From the IMG/VR virus record IMGVR_UViG_3300033553_000816: a stretch of DNA of 64,000 nt. One strand, written 5' to 3'. Numbering within the stretch: position 1 is the first letter of the stretch; each line of letters starts with the position of its first letter. Source of the DNA: a virus. Lineage: Duplodnaviria; Heunggongvirae; Uroviricota; Caudoviricetes. Both the position numbers and the translations under genes were made by a program. Below the pieces are notes generated by a model. That model did not search any database. It saw only the letters and a program-made list of their open reading frames with translations, and was not told the DNA's origin. Shown piece after piece: positions 8,114 through 17,288 of this stretch.

Positions 8114-10237
8114 TTACCCAAGGAGGTTGAGTAGTTGGTCTCGGTTGACTTTTTGTTGAACGGTTTTTGTGTTGTGTGCTTTAGCCCATAGTTGAGCTAG
8201 TTCTCCCATGGTGAGGCGTGGGCGTTCAATTTCGTCGTAGACGATTTCCCCTACTGTTGCGTCATCGTTTGATGAGATACCTGATGCTGTTGATCCGTTA
8301 CTGGAGTCTATCCATATCATTTTACCTGTTTCTAGGTTAATTGCGAATGGAACTGATTGTGTGGAAGGGGTGGTGGGTTTGAATGCGGTTGTGATGGTGC
8401 GCGGGTCGAAGGGGTCGCCTTTTTTGGCGTTACTTCTTAGCATAGCTCCGGCGATGAAGTCTACGTTTTTCATTGGCCATCCGGACCAGGATTGTACTGT
8501 CATTGCTACCCATTTCGCTTCGGGGTGGGTTGCGCGTAGTTTGTTCAGGTCAACGTCGATGTATTCGGCGGCGGAGTTTCCGGGTGCTACGTTACAATCA
8601 CCGCTGTAGGTTGCCCATTCACGTGAGTGGTGCCATGCGTTCCATGTGCATACGTCTAGTTTTTGGAATTTGTTGTCAAGGATGATAGCACCGATGTCCA
8701 TGTAGCCGTTTGTATCCTGGTTGTTGTTCCAGTGGCCGAAGATGCGGATTGTGTTTCCTTTTCCTACTGGGGTGAGTTCTTGACCTCGGTCTAATACTCT
8801 GTCCGTGGTTGCTGTGTCACGGCGCACAAGGGGGACAGGTTGCTCGGAGATAATAGCGACTGGTTCCTGTGGCGCTGGGGTGTTTTTGAGGGTTTCTTGG
8901 AGTGCGTCTTTGAGCGCTTGGGCGATAAGGGCAAGGTGGGCGGTTTTGATTTTTGTTGTTGCTTTACGGTCAACCATTGTGTTAGTTAGCCCTGCGACAC
9001 GAGTTACCCTTGTGTTATCGTCGTTTGCTGAGATGACACCGTTGTATGCGGAGATGATAGTTGTGGTTGTTGATTGTGGCCCTGTGTTGCGGATCGCTTC
9101 AGCTAGGGTGTTTACTTCTTGTTTGTTGGCGGTGAGGCGTAGGATAGCTACTGCGCGTCGGAGTAGGTTACCTGGTTGGTTTTCTGTTAGGAGTTTAATT
9201 GCTGTGGTTGCGTCACCTGTGTTCATTGCGGTTTCCACTAGGGAGTTGAGGGTGCGGTAGTTGATGTTGGTGTGGATGATATCTACGGCGCGTTTTTGTT
9301 CGGTGGTGAGTGTGAAATCGTAAGGGTGGACTGCTTTCATGATGGTGCGCCAAAGGTTTATACGGGTGATGAGGCTGTCTGCTTTGAAACCTTCGGTGAG
9401 TGCTCCAAGTTGGTTGATGATGACTTTTCGGGCGGGGCGGGAAATTTTGTTCATACGGACAGCGCGTGCGTGACGGTTCGCGAGGGTGTTGACAGTTAGG
9501 GTGTAGTTGTCGTTCCATTTTTCATTTGCGGGTGCTGTGGCTACTGTAAGAATTACTCGTAGGAGCTGGTCTGTGTTGTTACAGGTGAGTGCTGTTGCGA
9601 TGATGAGCTCGTTGGAGTTGAAGTCACAAATAGTGTGAACGGCTTTTATGAAGGATTGTAGGTTTTCACCGTTGCGGGAGTTTTTTGTGATCTCAACGAT
9701 TGTTTCAAGAGTAGGGTGTTGTAGTTCAATTGCGTTTGTGAGTAGGGTACGTTCGTCTTCAGAGAGAGCTATGGGGCGTGTGGTGAGGGCGCTTATGTAC
9801 TCGCGGGCGGTGTTTGCTGCTGTGAGCACTTTTACTTCGCGGGCGTTACGCATCATGTCTTCTAATGGTAGGCCTTCACGGGCGATGGTGGGGTAGTTGG
9901 GTAGGAACTCTCCGGCTGTCCAGTAGTGCAGGATTTGTTCAACTAGAAGAGTGAGTGTGTCTAGTTGTTCAACTTGTTCTGGGAACCCTGGGTAGATTGG
10001 GGTCATATCTCGGTCTGCGCCAACGATGGTGCGTGCGTCTTCAAGCATGTTAGTTAGAGCTTCAGTGCTCATGGTTCGGAGTTCGTTTACATCAACGATG
10101 AATCCTAAGTTAGCCATCTCTACCATTGCGGCGTTGGTGATTTCGGGAGGGGTGCTCTCAGGGTTGGTTTTGTTTGCGCGCACGACAATTCCGTTGCGGA
10201 GTGCGCTGACGCGGAATTCCTGAGTGATTTTAGCCAT
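8114..10237 (-). CDS. Large Thr/Ala/Asn-rich protein with TerD-like C-terminal domain
   Basis: 707-aa ORF. C-terminal ~200 aa (GNTIRIFGHW...DIGAIILDNKFQ...YSGDCNVAPGNSAAEYIDVDLNKL...KWVAMTVQSWSG...NVDFIAGAMLR) aligns by eye to the TerD family pattern (LGWD...DLDASAFLL..NGKV...HTGDNRTGEGDGDDE.IKIDL...KIIFVVTI...FGQV..AFIR). Confidence 0.6.
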   Translation of the reverse strand: MAKITQEFRVSALRNGIVVRANKTNPESTPPEITNAAMVEMANLGFIVDVNELRTMSTEALTNMLEDARTIVGADRDMTPIYPGFPEQVEQLDTLTLLVEQILHYWTAGEFLPNYPTIAREGLPLEDMMRNAREVKVLTAANTAREYISALTTRPIALSEDERTLLTNAIELQHPTLETIVEITKNSRNGENLQSFIKAVHTICDFNSNELIIATALTCNNTDQLLRVILTVATAPANEKWNDNYTLTVNTLANRHARAVRMNKISRPARKVIINQLGALTEGFKADSLITRINLWRTIMKAVHPYDFTLTTEQKRAVDIIHTNINYRTLNSLVETAMNTGDATTAIKLLTENQPGNLLRRAVAILRLTANKQEVNTLAEAIRNTGPQSTTTTIISAYNGVISANDDNTRVTRVAGLTNTMVDRKATTKIKTAHLALIAQALKDALQETLKNTPAPQEPVAIISEQPVPLVRRDTATTDRVLDRGQELTPVGKGNTIRIFGHWNNNQDTNGYMDIGAIILDNKFQKLDVCTWNAWHHSREWATYSGDCNVAPGNSAAEYIDVDLNKLRATHPEAKWVAMTVQSWSGWPMKNVDFIAGAMLRSNAKKGDPFDPRTITTAFKPTTPSTQSVPFAINLETGKMIWIDSSNGSTASGISSNDDATVGEIVYDEIERPRLTMGELAQLWAKAHNTKTVQQKVNRDQLLNLLG

Positions 10238-10311
10238 GAGATGTCTTCCCTTATTTTTGTTGCTGTTTTATTGTTTTTGATTTAGTTTTCTTAAAAACCC
10301 AGTGTTTCTAA

Positions 10312-10340
10312 ATGTACCATAGCTGTTTCATGTTGTCAAG
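10312..10340 (-). promoter_or_regulatory. Sigma70-like promoter for the 707-aa gene (TTGACA -17 nt- TACATT on minus strand)
   Basis: Reverse complement of 10335-10340 is TTGACA, a 17-nt spacer follows, and the reverse complement of 10312-10317 is TACATT. Confidence 0.35.
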
Positions 10341-10578
10341 TGATGGGTTATTTTGTTTTTGGGTGTATATAAGGGGCGTTTGAAAGTTTAAGTGTCAGGA
10401 AAAGCGAAACGGTGGTTCTATTATCAATTTATGTAGTAACCGCTCCAAGGAGCCTGACATTAAATATTGTAGCACATTTTTTTGAAAGGTCAAATTTATT
10501 TTATGTTTTTATAGAAAATTTTTCTATTTTGTATAGGGGCCGAGCGGGGCGATTGTTAAGGGAGGGCTTTAGGTTTTG

Positions 10579-11136
10579 TTATTTGTTGATTTCTATTTCT
10601 TGTAGGAGCCCAGCCCAGTCGGTTCTGTCTTCTTCTCGCCAGCCAGCTCCAACCATTGTTACTACCCACGTTTCACTGTTGGCTTCTACTTCAGCTAAGA
10701 AATTTTTGACTCTGATGGTGCTGTCTGTTTCGGCGTTAGGTTTTAGAGCGTAACCTTCTGCTCTTCCTAGTTTGACAGGTTCACCGGTTTTGAGGGGTTT
10801 TAGGTTCGGGTTTGAGTTTTTCAGTATCTCTACCTGTTTGCCATAGAAGTTGAACATGACACCTTCATGGTTTTTTAATATAGTCAGGTCACTGGCGCGG
10901 TTGATTTTCAGTTGGTTGTCCGCCATGAAGAACCTGGCTTGTTTTTCGCTGCTGGGTGCGTTTAACGCTATTTGTGTACCGGTCATTGCTATTCCTGTGA
11001 AAATTGACCAAAAAATTACGTAGAGGTTCAGGTCAGCCCGGAATAATGTGAGCATTGCGATTGTCAAAAAAAGCCCTGGTGTTACCCACAGGGCGATTGC
11101 TTTGTTGGATGTACCGTACGGTAAGTGTTTTCTCAT
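10579..11136 (-). CDS. Membrane protein (two N-terminal TM helices + soluble domain)
   Basis: 185-aa ORF. Hydrophobic N-terminus (IALWVTPGLFLTIAMLTLF... IFWSIFTGIAMTG). Confidence 0.55.
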   Translation of the reverse strand: MRKHLPYGTSNKAIALWVTPGLFLTIAMLTLFRADLNLYVIFWSIFTGIAMTGTQIALNAPSSEKQARFFMADNQLKINRASDLTILKNHEGVMFNFYGKQVEILKNSNPNLKPLKTGEPVKLGRAEGYALKPNAETDSTIRVKNFLAEVEANSETWVVTMVGAGWREEDRTDWAGLLQEIEINK

Positions 11137-11260
11137 AATATTTATTGTACACTATTTTTTGTGGTTAAAAAATAATGGGAGTTGCCTTATATCGGGGAGT
11201 ACTTGACTTTGGTTGGGTTTGGTTGTAGGATGGGTAGTGAGTCTACATGGAGGTTTGGTT

Positions 11261-11686
11261 ATGAGTTTTGTTGCTGATACTGCTTCTGTGAATTTTAGGT
11301 CCGTTGTTCTTGATGAAGGTCGGGTTGAAGGTCGGGCTGTTCTTAGAAGTGCTGTGGTGAGGGGTTTCGCAGTGGTTTGTGATGCGGCGGATGTGGCGTA
11401 TTCTTTTGTGAGTGGGCATGCGCGGATTTATGGTACTGCGGTTGTGAAGGACATGCGTGTTCTTAATAGTTCTTGTATTTTCGGTTCCGCACATCTGGTT
11501 GGTAATCGCGACGGTACTATTTATGGGGTTGAGTTACACGGTGATTGTAAGTTCGGCGGGACAGCTTCTTTTGAGGGGCTGAACACTGTACAGGATTTTG
11601 TTGACAGGTATGGGCAGGGTCATGTCAGGGTGGATGAGAATGCGCGTGGCACTGTTATGTTAACTGACGTTTGGGATATGGGTTAG
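11261..11686 (+). CDS. Family A beta-helix-repeat protein
   Basis: GGAGG RBS then ATG at 11261 giving MSFVADTASVNF...DCKFGGTASFEGLNTVQDFVDRYG...LTDVWDMG. The track starts at TTG 11213. Confidence 0.75.
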   Translation: MSFVADTASVNFRSVVLDEGRVEGRAVLRSAVVRGFAVVCDAADVAYSFVSGHARIYGTAVVKDMRVLNSSCIFGSAHLVGNRDGTIYGVELHGDCKFGGTASFEGLNTVQDFVDRYGQGHVRVDENARGTVMLTDVWDMG

Positions 11687-11831
11687 GGACGCAAAATAGG
11701 TTCTTCAACTGGGTTGCTAATATTATTCTCTTGTAGAGAAATGGTCTTTTTCCCTTGACTTCCACTAGGATTGGATGTAGTGTTGTTATAAGTTCACATG
11801 CGTGTGGGATGTAAAGTTAAAGGGGAGAATT

Positions 11832-12071
11832 ATGGTTCGTATTGGTGATGATACTGTGAAGCCTGAGCAGCTGGAGTGGGCTGAAGGCCTCCCTAATGAT
11901 GGGGAATATGAATATACGTCAACGGGACCATGTGATGGCTCCTATTCTATTCGACTTCGCCGCACCCCGCGAGCCCGGATTAAGGATGGCATGTGGGTAC
12001 ATACTCGTGAGTATGGTCAGTGGGAGAGCTCAACTGAGGAGCAGTACCAAGCCGCTTGTCTAGAGAAGTAG
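11832..12071 (+). CDS. Small hypothetical protein
   Basis: AGGGGAGA RBS then ATG at 11832 (MVRIGDDTVKPEQLEW...). Candidate promoter TTGACT-17-TAGTGT at about 11752-11780. Confidence 0.45.
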   Translation: MVRIGDDTVKPEQLEWAEGLPNDGEYEYTSTGPCDGSYSIRLRRTPRARIKDGMWVHTREYGQWESSTEEQYQAACLEK

Positions 12072-12216
12072 GGTAACTAGCTGTTTGAGGACCGCCAGTA
12101 AAAGCAAGTACTCTGGTTGTAACCACATCTAACTGACTAATGTTAGACATGGGGTTGTGCTGGTAACCCTAGCTGTGCTATTGTTCTTCTATAGCAACCC
12201 GATGAGAGGACCTTCG

Positions 12217-12633
12217 ATGAAGCGTTTTGGAACATTTTTTATGATTATGTCACTAGGTGTTGTATTCACGAGTGGTTGCACTGAGGTGGTTCACACTCAG
12301 TCGGACACGCCAGTTATTAAGTCTGAAGCTGGTTGGGATTATTTCTGGCTTCAGCTGAGCGATGACAGGGTTATTTATTGCTTGGATGATGACGCCGGGT
12401 TGCCTTATGGTTCACTTAGTTGTGACTGGTCGAAGTTTTACACTCTGTCTGATGTCCCTGAGGGCGAAAACCTACAGGAAGTGAAGAAGGTTTACGATGA
12501 GGCTATTACCATTAGGAATGGCTACACCGAAACGTTCGTGACTGATTCTCGTGGGATGACGGCACTGTGTGTCTCAAATTCCCTTGGTTTCGAGGATGGG
12601 GTGCTCTCCTGCGGTTGGGAAACTACTGACTGA
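12217..12633 (+). CDS. Putative lipoprotein
   Basis: MKRFGTFFMIMSLGVVFTSGC, a signal peptide with a lipobox Cys. ATG verified at 12217. Confidence 0.55.
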   Translation: MKRFGTFFMIMSLGVVFTSGCTEVVHTQSDTPVIKSEAGWDYFWLQLSDDRVIYCLDDDAGLPYGSLSCDWSKFYTLSDVPEGENLQEVKKVYDEAITIRNGYTETFVTDSRGMTALCVSNSLGFEDGVLSCGWETTD

Positions 12634-12657
12634 GTTGATTGATCCGGGGTGTAAATA

Positions 12658-13188
12658 ATGATTTATATAGATAGCACTGCTTTTGTGGACAAGGATTCTG
12701 AAATTGAGGATGATGCGCGTGTTGAGGGGCGCGTACAGGTTCGGGGTTCTACTGTTCGCGATACGGCTCGGGTTTCCGGACGGGCTACCATTAAGGAAAG
12801 TAATATTTTTGGTTCAGCTGAGGTCTATGGCGACGCTAGGCTGATGGGCTCTTCTATTCGCGGTGAAGCTAGAGTTGGGGGTTCAGCTGAGCTTCATTTC
12901 ACGCATGTTGGCGGTCGCGCTGAAATTTACGGTGACGCTAAGTTGTTTTCTGTTAGTGCCACTGATGACGCTACTGTTTTTGGTAATGCTGTTCTTGCTC
13001 CGGAGGAAGGTTTAGATGTTTCTTTAGGCCATGGGTGTAAGTTCGGTGGTTCCGCTAATTTTATGGGGCTGAAAACCCCTGAAGATTTCGTAGCTAAATA
13101 CGGGGCGCTTAGGGTTGAGGTCCGCAATCTTGACGATTCTAGCCTTTTTCAACTTATTGTGTTGACTGATGTTTGGGATATGGGGTAA
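12658..13188 (+). CDS. Family A beta-helix-repeat protein
   Basis: MIYIDSTAFV...GCKFGGSANFMGLKTPEDFVAKYG...LTDVWDMG. Confidence 0.8.
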   Translation: MIYIDSTAFVDKDSEIEDDARVEGRVQVRGSTVRDTARVSGRATIKESNIFGSAEVYGDARLMGSSIRGEARVGGSAELHFTHVGGRAEIYGDAKLFSVSATDDATVFGNAVLAPEEGLDVSLGHGCKFGGSANFMGLKTPEDFVAKYGALRVEVRNLDDSSLFQLIVLTDVWDMG

Positions 13189-13194
13189 AAAATA

Positions 13195-13689
13195 ATGGAA
13201 TATGTTGCGGATACAGTTCATGTGGATGGAGGTTCCAGAGTTAAGGGGGCCGCACGGGTTGAAGGTAACGTGGTTTTAGTCGACTCGCTCATTTATGGTT
13301 CAGCTGCTGTTTCGGGGAATGTTCGAGTTGAGGCTTCTCATGTGATGGGTGAAGCTGAGGTCAGTGGTTCAGCTGAGCTGCTGCATTCTGCTGTTGGTGG
13401 GGCGGGACGTGTTCACGGAAATGCTGTTCTGGAGAACATTCACGTGTTCGATACTTCTTGTGTTTATGGGGATGCGGTTCTTAAGAGTGAGCTGGGCGAT
13501 GGTTTCATTGTTGAGTTGCAGGGTGACTGTAAGTTCGGTGGGTCTGCAACTTTTAAGGGGCTGGAACTTATTGAAGATTTCATGGAGAAATACGGTGAGG
13601 ATAAAGTAACTTGGAAGAAGTCTAGAAATAAAGTTCGTGGCGAAAAAGGGGAAACTATTGTTCTAACCGATGTTGAAGACATGGGTTAA
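13195..13689 (+). CDS. Family A beta-helix-repeat protein
   Basis: MEYVADTVHV...DCKFGGSATFKGLELIEDFMEKYG...LTDVEDMG. Confidence 0.8.
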   Translation: MEYVADTVHVDGGSRVKGAARVEGNVVLVDSLIYGSAAVSGNVRVEASHVMGEAEVSGSAELLHSAVGGAGRVHGNAVLENIHVFDTSCVYGDAVLKSELGDGFIVELQGDCKFGGSATFKGLELIEDFMEKYGEDKVTWKKSRNKVRGEKGETIVLTDVEDMG

Positions 13690-13703
13690 GCAGAGAAAAC
13701 ATA

Positions 13704-14279
13704 ATGATAACAGGTTTCATTTCTGATAAAGCTAAAGTGGATGTTAACTCCTCCGTGCCTGAACATGCTCGCGTGGAGGATAACGCCGTTGTTACCTACA
13801 GTCACCTGTGGGGGTACTCTAAAATTTATGGTTCAGCCAACGTTGAATATTCTTCTCTACATGACGAATCTCAAATAGGCGGGGTGTCTAATGTTTCAGC
13901 ATGTACCCTCAGGCATAAAGCTAAAATATTGGGGAAAGTAACTGTCGGTTATGCTCAGCTGTATGACAAATCCTGGGTGGACGGTACAGGTGTTATCAGT
14001 AATTCTGTGTTAAGTAATTCCGCTAACGTCTATGGCGACGCTTATTTACGCGGTGTGGATTTGAAGGACAACGCTTCTGTTTTCGGGACGGCTTTTTTGG
14101 AGAATAATTTGAAGGAAACTTATAGGATTGTTCTCCGTGGTAATTGTAAATTCGGTGGTACTGTGAATTTCGACGGGCTGTTATTTCCTGAGAATTTCGT
14201 TAACAAATACGGGCCTGATAAAGTGAAAGTAAGAAAATCTGAAGTTATTTTAACTGATGTGTGGGACATGGGTAGTTAG
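13704..14279 (+). CDS. Family A beta-helix-repeat protein
   Basis: MITGFISDKAKV...NCKFGGTVNFDGL...NFVNKYG...LTDVWDMGS. Confidence 0.8.
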   Translation: MITGFISDKAKVDVNSSVPEHARVEDNAVVTYSHLWGYSKIYGSANVEYSSLHDESQIGGVSNVSACTLRHKAKILGKVTVGYAQLYDKSWVDGTGVISNSVLSNSANVYGDAYLRGVDLKDNASVFGTAFLENNLKETYRIVLRGNCKFGGTVNFDGLLFPENFVNKYGPDKVKVRKSEVILTDVWDMGS

Positions 14280-14345
14280 GTATACCTGTGCTTTTGATCC
14301 TTTATTTAGCCCCTCGTTAGGAATATAATAATCAGGGTATCTTTT

Positions 14346-15035
14346 ATGAAAACACCTTCTCAGGTTCATCCTAAAATAATACTCACAATATGGGATGGTG
14401 TAAAAATGGTTAATGCGTTAGGCTCTGCGGCTTCTACAACCAAAATAGATGGCAATACTTCGGTTAGTAAAGCCGCACGTGTTGAAGGCCACGCTGAAGT
14501 GATAGCTTCCACTTTGGCAGATCAAGCTAAGGTAAGCGATTCCTCCAAGGTGATGAACACTATTCTACATAAAAAATCGCGGGTGTATGGCTCAGCTAAA
14601 GTGTCATCTAGTTTTCTGTATGACAACGCTCAAGTTTATGGGAAAGCGAAATTAGATGTTGTGTCAGTCAGAGATAACGCTAAGGTTTATGGGCATTCAC
14701 GCCTTCTCGGTGGAGATGTAGGCGGTAAATCACAGGTCTATGGGTCTGTTCAAACAAAGTGGTTAGAAGCCGGTGATACAGCACGGATCTATGAGAATGC
14801 TAAAATTAATTCTGTTATAGTGAGAGGGCGCTCCCATGTGTTCGGTAATGCTAACTTGGATAATGATAAGAAAAATAATCTAGTTATTATACTCGAAGGC
14901 AACTGTAAGTTCGGCGGGAGCGCTACTTTTGTAGGGCTGAACACATCTGAAGATTTTGTTAGTAAGTATGGTAAAAATAAAGTTAAAGTAAAAGGCGGGG
15001 AGATTATTTTGACTGACATTTGGGACATGGGATAA
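14346..15035 (+). CDS. Family A beta-helix-repeat protein (long variant)
   Basis: ...NCKFGGSATFVGLNTSEDFVSKYG...LTDIWDMG. The start is uncertain: track ATG at 14346 or internal ATG at 14406. Confidence 0.7.
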   Translation: MKTPSQVHPKIILTIWDGVKMVNALGSAASTTKIDGNTSVSKAARVEGHAEVIASTLADQAKVSDSSKVMNTILHKKSRVYGSAKVSSSFLYDNAQVYGKAKLDVVSVRDNAKVYGHSRLLGGDVGGKSQVYGSVQTKWLEAGDTARIYENAKINSVIVRGRSHVFGNANLDNDKKNNLVIILEGNCKFGGSATFVGLNTSEDFVSKYGKNKVKVKGGEIILTDIWDMG

Positions 15036-15047
15036 GTCGATCATATT

Positions 15048-15572
15048 ATGGTCTATATTGCTGACACAGCTAGTGTCGATCTTAGTTCCAGTATTGTCTC
15101 TTCAGCCGTAATTACAGGTAAAGCAGTTGTTGTAGCAAGTGATGTCAGCGGTGAAGCTGTTATTGATGGAGATGCTAATGTTAGGGGCGCTGCCGTCAGT
15201 AATGACGCTCATATTGGGGGAACCGCCAAAGTCAAAGGAGGGTTCATTTATGGACATGCGCGAGTTGGTGGGCACGCCCATCTTATTGACACTGATGTCA
15301 GGGGGCGCGCTGAGGTGTACGGTAATGCGGAGTTGAAGAATATTGAAGTTAGAGGATCTTCGCATGTGTTTGGTAATGCAAAATTACTTTGGTTTAACGG
15401 GGCGCTCCCAAAAGTTGTTCTAGAGGGTAACTGTAAATTCGGCGGGGAAGCTACCTTCGTTAATATGTTCTTCACTGATGATTTTGTTGACAAATATGGC
15501 GCAGACAAAGTTACCTTAGACACTAACGGCACAATTCATTTAACTGATGTGTGGGACATGGGATTAGATTAG
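15048..15572 (+). CDS. Family A beta-helix-repeat protein
   Basis: MVYIADTASV...NCKFGGEATFVNMFFTDDFVDKYG...LTDVWDMGLD. Confidence 0.8.
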   Translation: MVYIADTASVDLSSSIVSSAVITGKAVVVASDVSGEAVIDGDANVRGAAVSNDAHIGGTAKVKGGFIYGHARVGGHAHLIDTDVRGRAEVYGNAELKNIEVRGSSHVFGNAKLLWFNGALPKVVLEGNCKFGGEATFVNMFFTDDFVDKYGADKVTLDTNGTIHLTDVWDMGLD

Positions 15573-15658
15573 GACTTCGTTGTTAGCGGTTTATGTGCTA
15601 TGCTATATGTTATGACTAAATTAATGTAAAAATAAGTTTAAGAAACAGGAGTTACAGT

Positions 15659-16171
15659 ATGGGGCAAATTTCTAAAACAGCTAAAGTAGATAAAAAATCT
15701 ATTGTTCACCCTAACGCGCGTGTTGAGGGTAATGCAGTTGTCGAACAATCTTGGCTTCAGGATTTGGCTGTTATTAAGGACAGCGCTGAAATGAAATCAA
15801 ATTCTGCAGCTGAAGGGTATTCCCAGATTAGCGGTAACGCAAAAGTTGTCAGCTCGTTCTTACAGGGCAACGCTAAGATCAGTGGTGAAGCTGAAATTCT
15901 TAGAACTTCTCTACTAGATAATGCGGACGTGTCCGGTCGCGCTAAACTAAGTAGCATCCAAGTTAAAGACAACTCTAAAGTTGATGGTAACGCATCACTA
16001 ATAAACCCTTTAGATAATTTTATTATTCTTGCTGGCGCTTGTCATTTCGGTGGGAACGTAACTTTCGAAGGGCTGAAAGACTATAGGGATTTCAAAGCGA
16101 AATATGGTGCAGATAAAGTTAAAGTTAAAGGCGGAGAGGTTACCTTAACTGATGTTGTGGACACGAGATAA
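15659..16171 (+). CDS. Family A beta-helix-repeat protein (divergent terminus LTDVVDTR)
   Basis: AGGAG RBS. MGQISKTAKV...ACHFGGNVTFEGLKDYRDFKAKYG. Confidence 0.75.
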   Translation: MGQISKTAKVDKKSIVHPNARVEGNAVVEQSWLQDLAVIKDSAEMKSNSAAEGYSQISGNAKVVSSFLQGNAKISGEAEILRTSLLDNADVSGRAKLSSIQVKDNSKVDGNASLINPLDNFIILAGACHFGGNVTFEGLKDYRDFKAKYGADKVKVKGGEVTLTDVVDTR

Positions 16172-16185
16172 CCGAGTAAACTAAC

Positions 16186-16680
16186 ATGTCATATATTGCT
16201 GATACTGCTTACATAGATGAGGAAACCCGTGTAGAGGATGCTGCTCGGGTTGAGGGGCACGCCATGGTTAGAGGAACCCACGTTGCCGGTAACGCTAAAA
16301 TTAGTGGCTCAGCTTATGTTTACAATTCTAAAATTTTCGGCAACTCACAGGTTGAAGACCAAGCGTTTGTAGATGGCTGCTGGGTTCAAGATAACGCACA
16401 TATTTACGGTGAAGCTAATGTTCTCACCGCCCTAATAGCGGACAACAGTTGTGTTTTCGGTAAAGCCAACCTAATAGGCGATCATTTTCATATGCCCGCT
16501 AATGACAGTAGCAGATCCAGAACTTTAACTGTAGTTCTACAAGGCAACTGTAAGTTCGGCGGTACAGCAACTTTTGAAGGGCTAAAAACGTTTGAAGATT
16601 TCGTTGAAAAATATGGTTCAGGGAAAGTATCATTAGATAGGACCATGATTGTGTTAACCGATGTGTGGGACATGGGGTAG
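16186..16680 (+). CDS. Family A beta-helix-repeat protein
   Basis: MSYIADTAYI...NCKFGGTATFEGLKTFEDFVEKYG...LTDVWDMG. Confidence 0.8.
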   Translation: MSYIADTAYIDEETRVEDAARVEGHAMVRGTHVAGNAKISGSAYVYNSKIFGNSQVEDQAFVDGCWVQDNAHIYGEANVLTALIADNSCVFGKANLIGDHFHMPANDSSRSRTLTVVLQGNCKFGGTATFEGLKTFEDFVEKYGSGKVSLDRTMIVLTDVWDMG

Positions 16681-16689
16681 GGGAGAAAA

Positions 16690-17277
16690 ATGTCGTATGT
16701 TGCTAATGGGGTTAAAATAGATGGGCACTCAGGGGTTAAAGACTCTGCGCGAGCGGAAGATAAAGTAACTTTACGTAAATCCTTCCTGTATGATCAGTCA
16801 GTCGCCAAAGACCGTGCCGTAATTGAAAACAGCACTTTGACTGGCAATACTTGTGTTAGCGACCTTGCTGATGTTTTATATTCTGAGCTTTCTGTTGAAG
16901 CTAAAGTCAGAGGTAACGCATTTGTTCAGAACTCTGATTTATTTGGCAACGTAACAGTTGAAGATAGCGCAGAAGTTGATAACTGTATAATGGGCGCTTT
17001 AGGTAGCTCCGGCCCAGTACGGGTTTACGGTAACGCTGTTGTTAAGAGCATAAAAGTATTAGGCCCTTGCGTGTTTTTCGGTAACGCTAAGATCAGCCCT
17101 CCGAGTACAAGGATGAAACTAATCTTAGATGACTGTAAGTTCGGGGGTAACGCTAGTTTAGATGCGTTGAAAACTCCCGAAGATATTAAAGATCGTTACG
17201 GCGAAAGTTATGTTAGACTTGAACGTAATGGTGAGGATGTAAATGTTTACTTAACAGGTGTTTGGGATATGGGATAG
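16690..17277 (+). CDS. Family A beta-helix-repeat protein
   Basis: MSYVANGVKI...DCKFGGNASLDALKTPEDIKDRYG...LTGVWDMG. Confidence 0.8.
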   Translation: MSYVANGVKIDGHSGVKDSARAEDKVTLRKSFLYDQSVAKDRAVIENSTLTGNTCVSDLADVLYSELSVEAKVRGNAFVQNSDLFGNVTVEDSAEVDNCIMGALGSSGPVRVYGNAVVKSIKVLGPCVFFGNAKISPPSTRMKLILDDCKFGGNASLDALKTPEDIKDRYGESYVRLERNGEDVNVYLTGVWDMG

Positions 17278-17288
17278 GAGGAGAGTAC

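Noticed and set aside
5787-9896. Shadow ORFs inside the 666-aa and 707-aa genes (5787..6044, 6791..7057, 7215..7424, 8361..8609, 8473..8685, 8791..8973, 8805..9260, 9213..9518, 9272..9499, 9648..9896, 10026..10223)
   Set aside because: Overlap longer ORFs in regions of extreme strand skew where every frame is open. The translations have absurd composition (His/Pro/Arg or Cys/Val runs).
10412-10753. ORF 10412..10753 (+) 113 aa
   Set aside because: Overlaps the better-supported minus-strand membrane-protein gene 10579..11136 and the upstream half is intergenic. No RBS.
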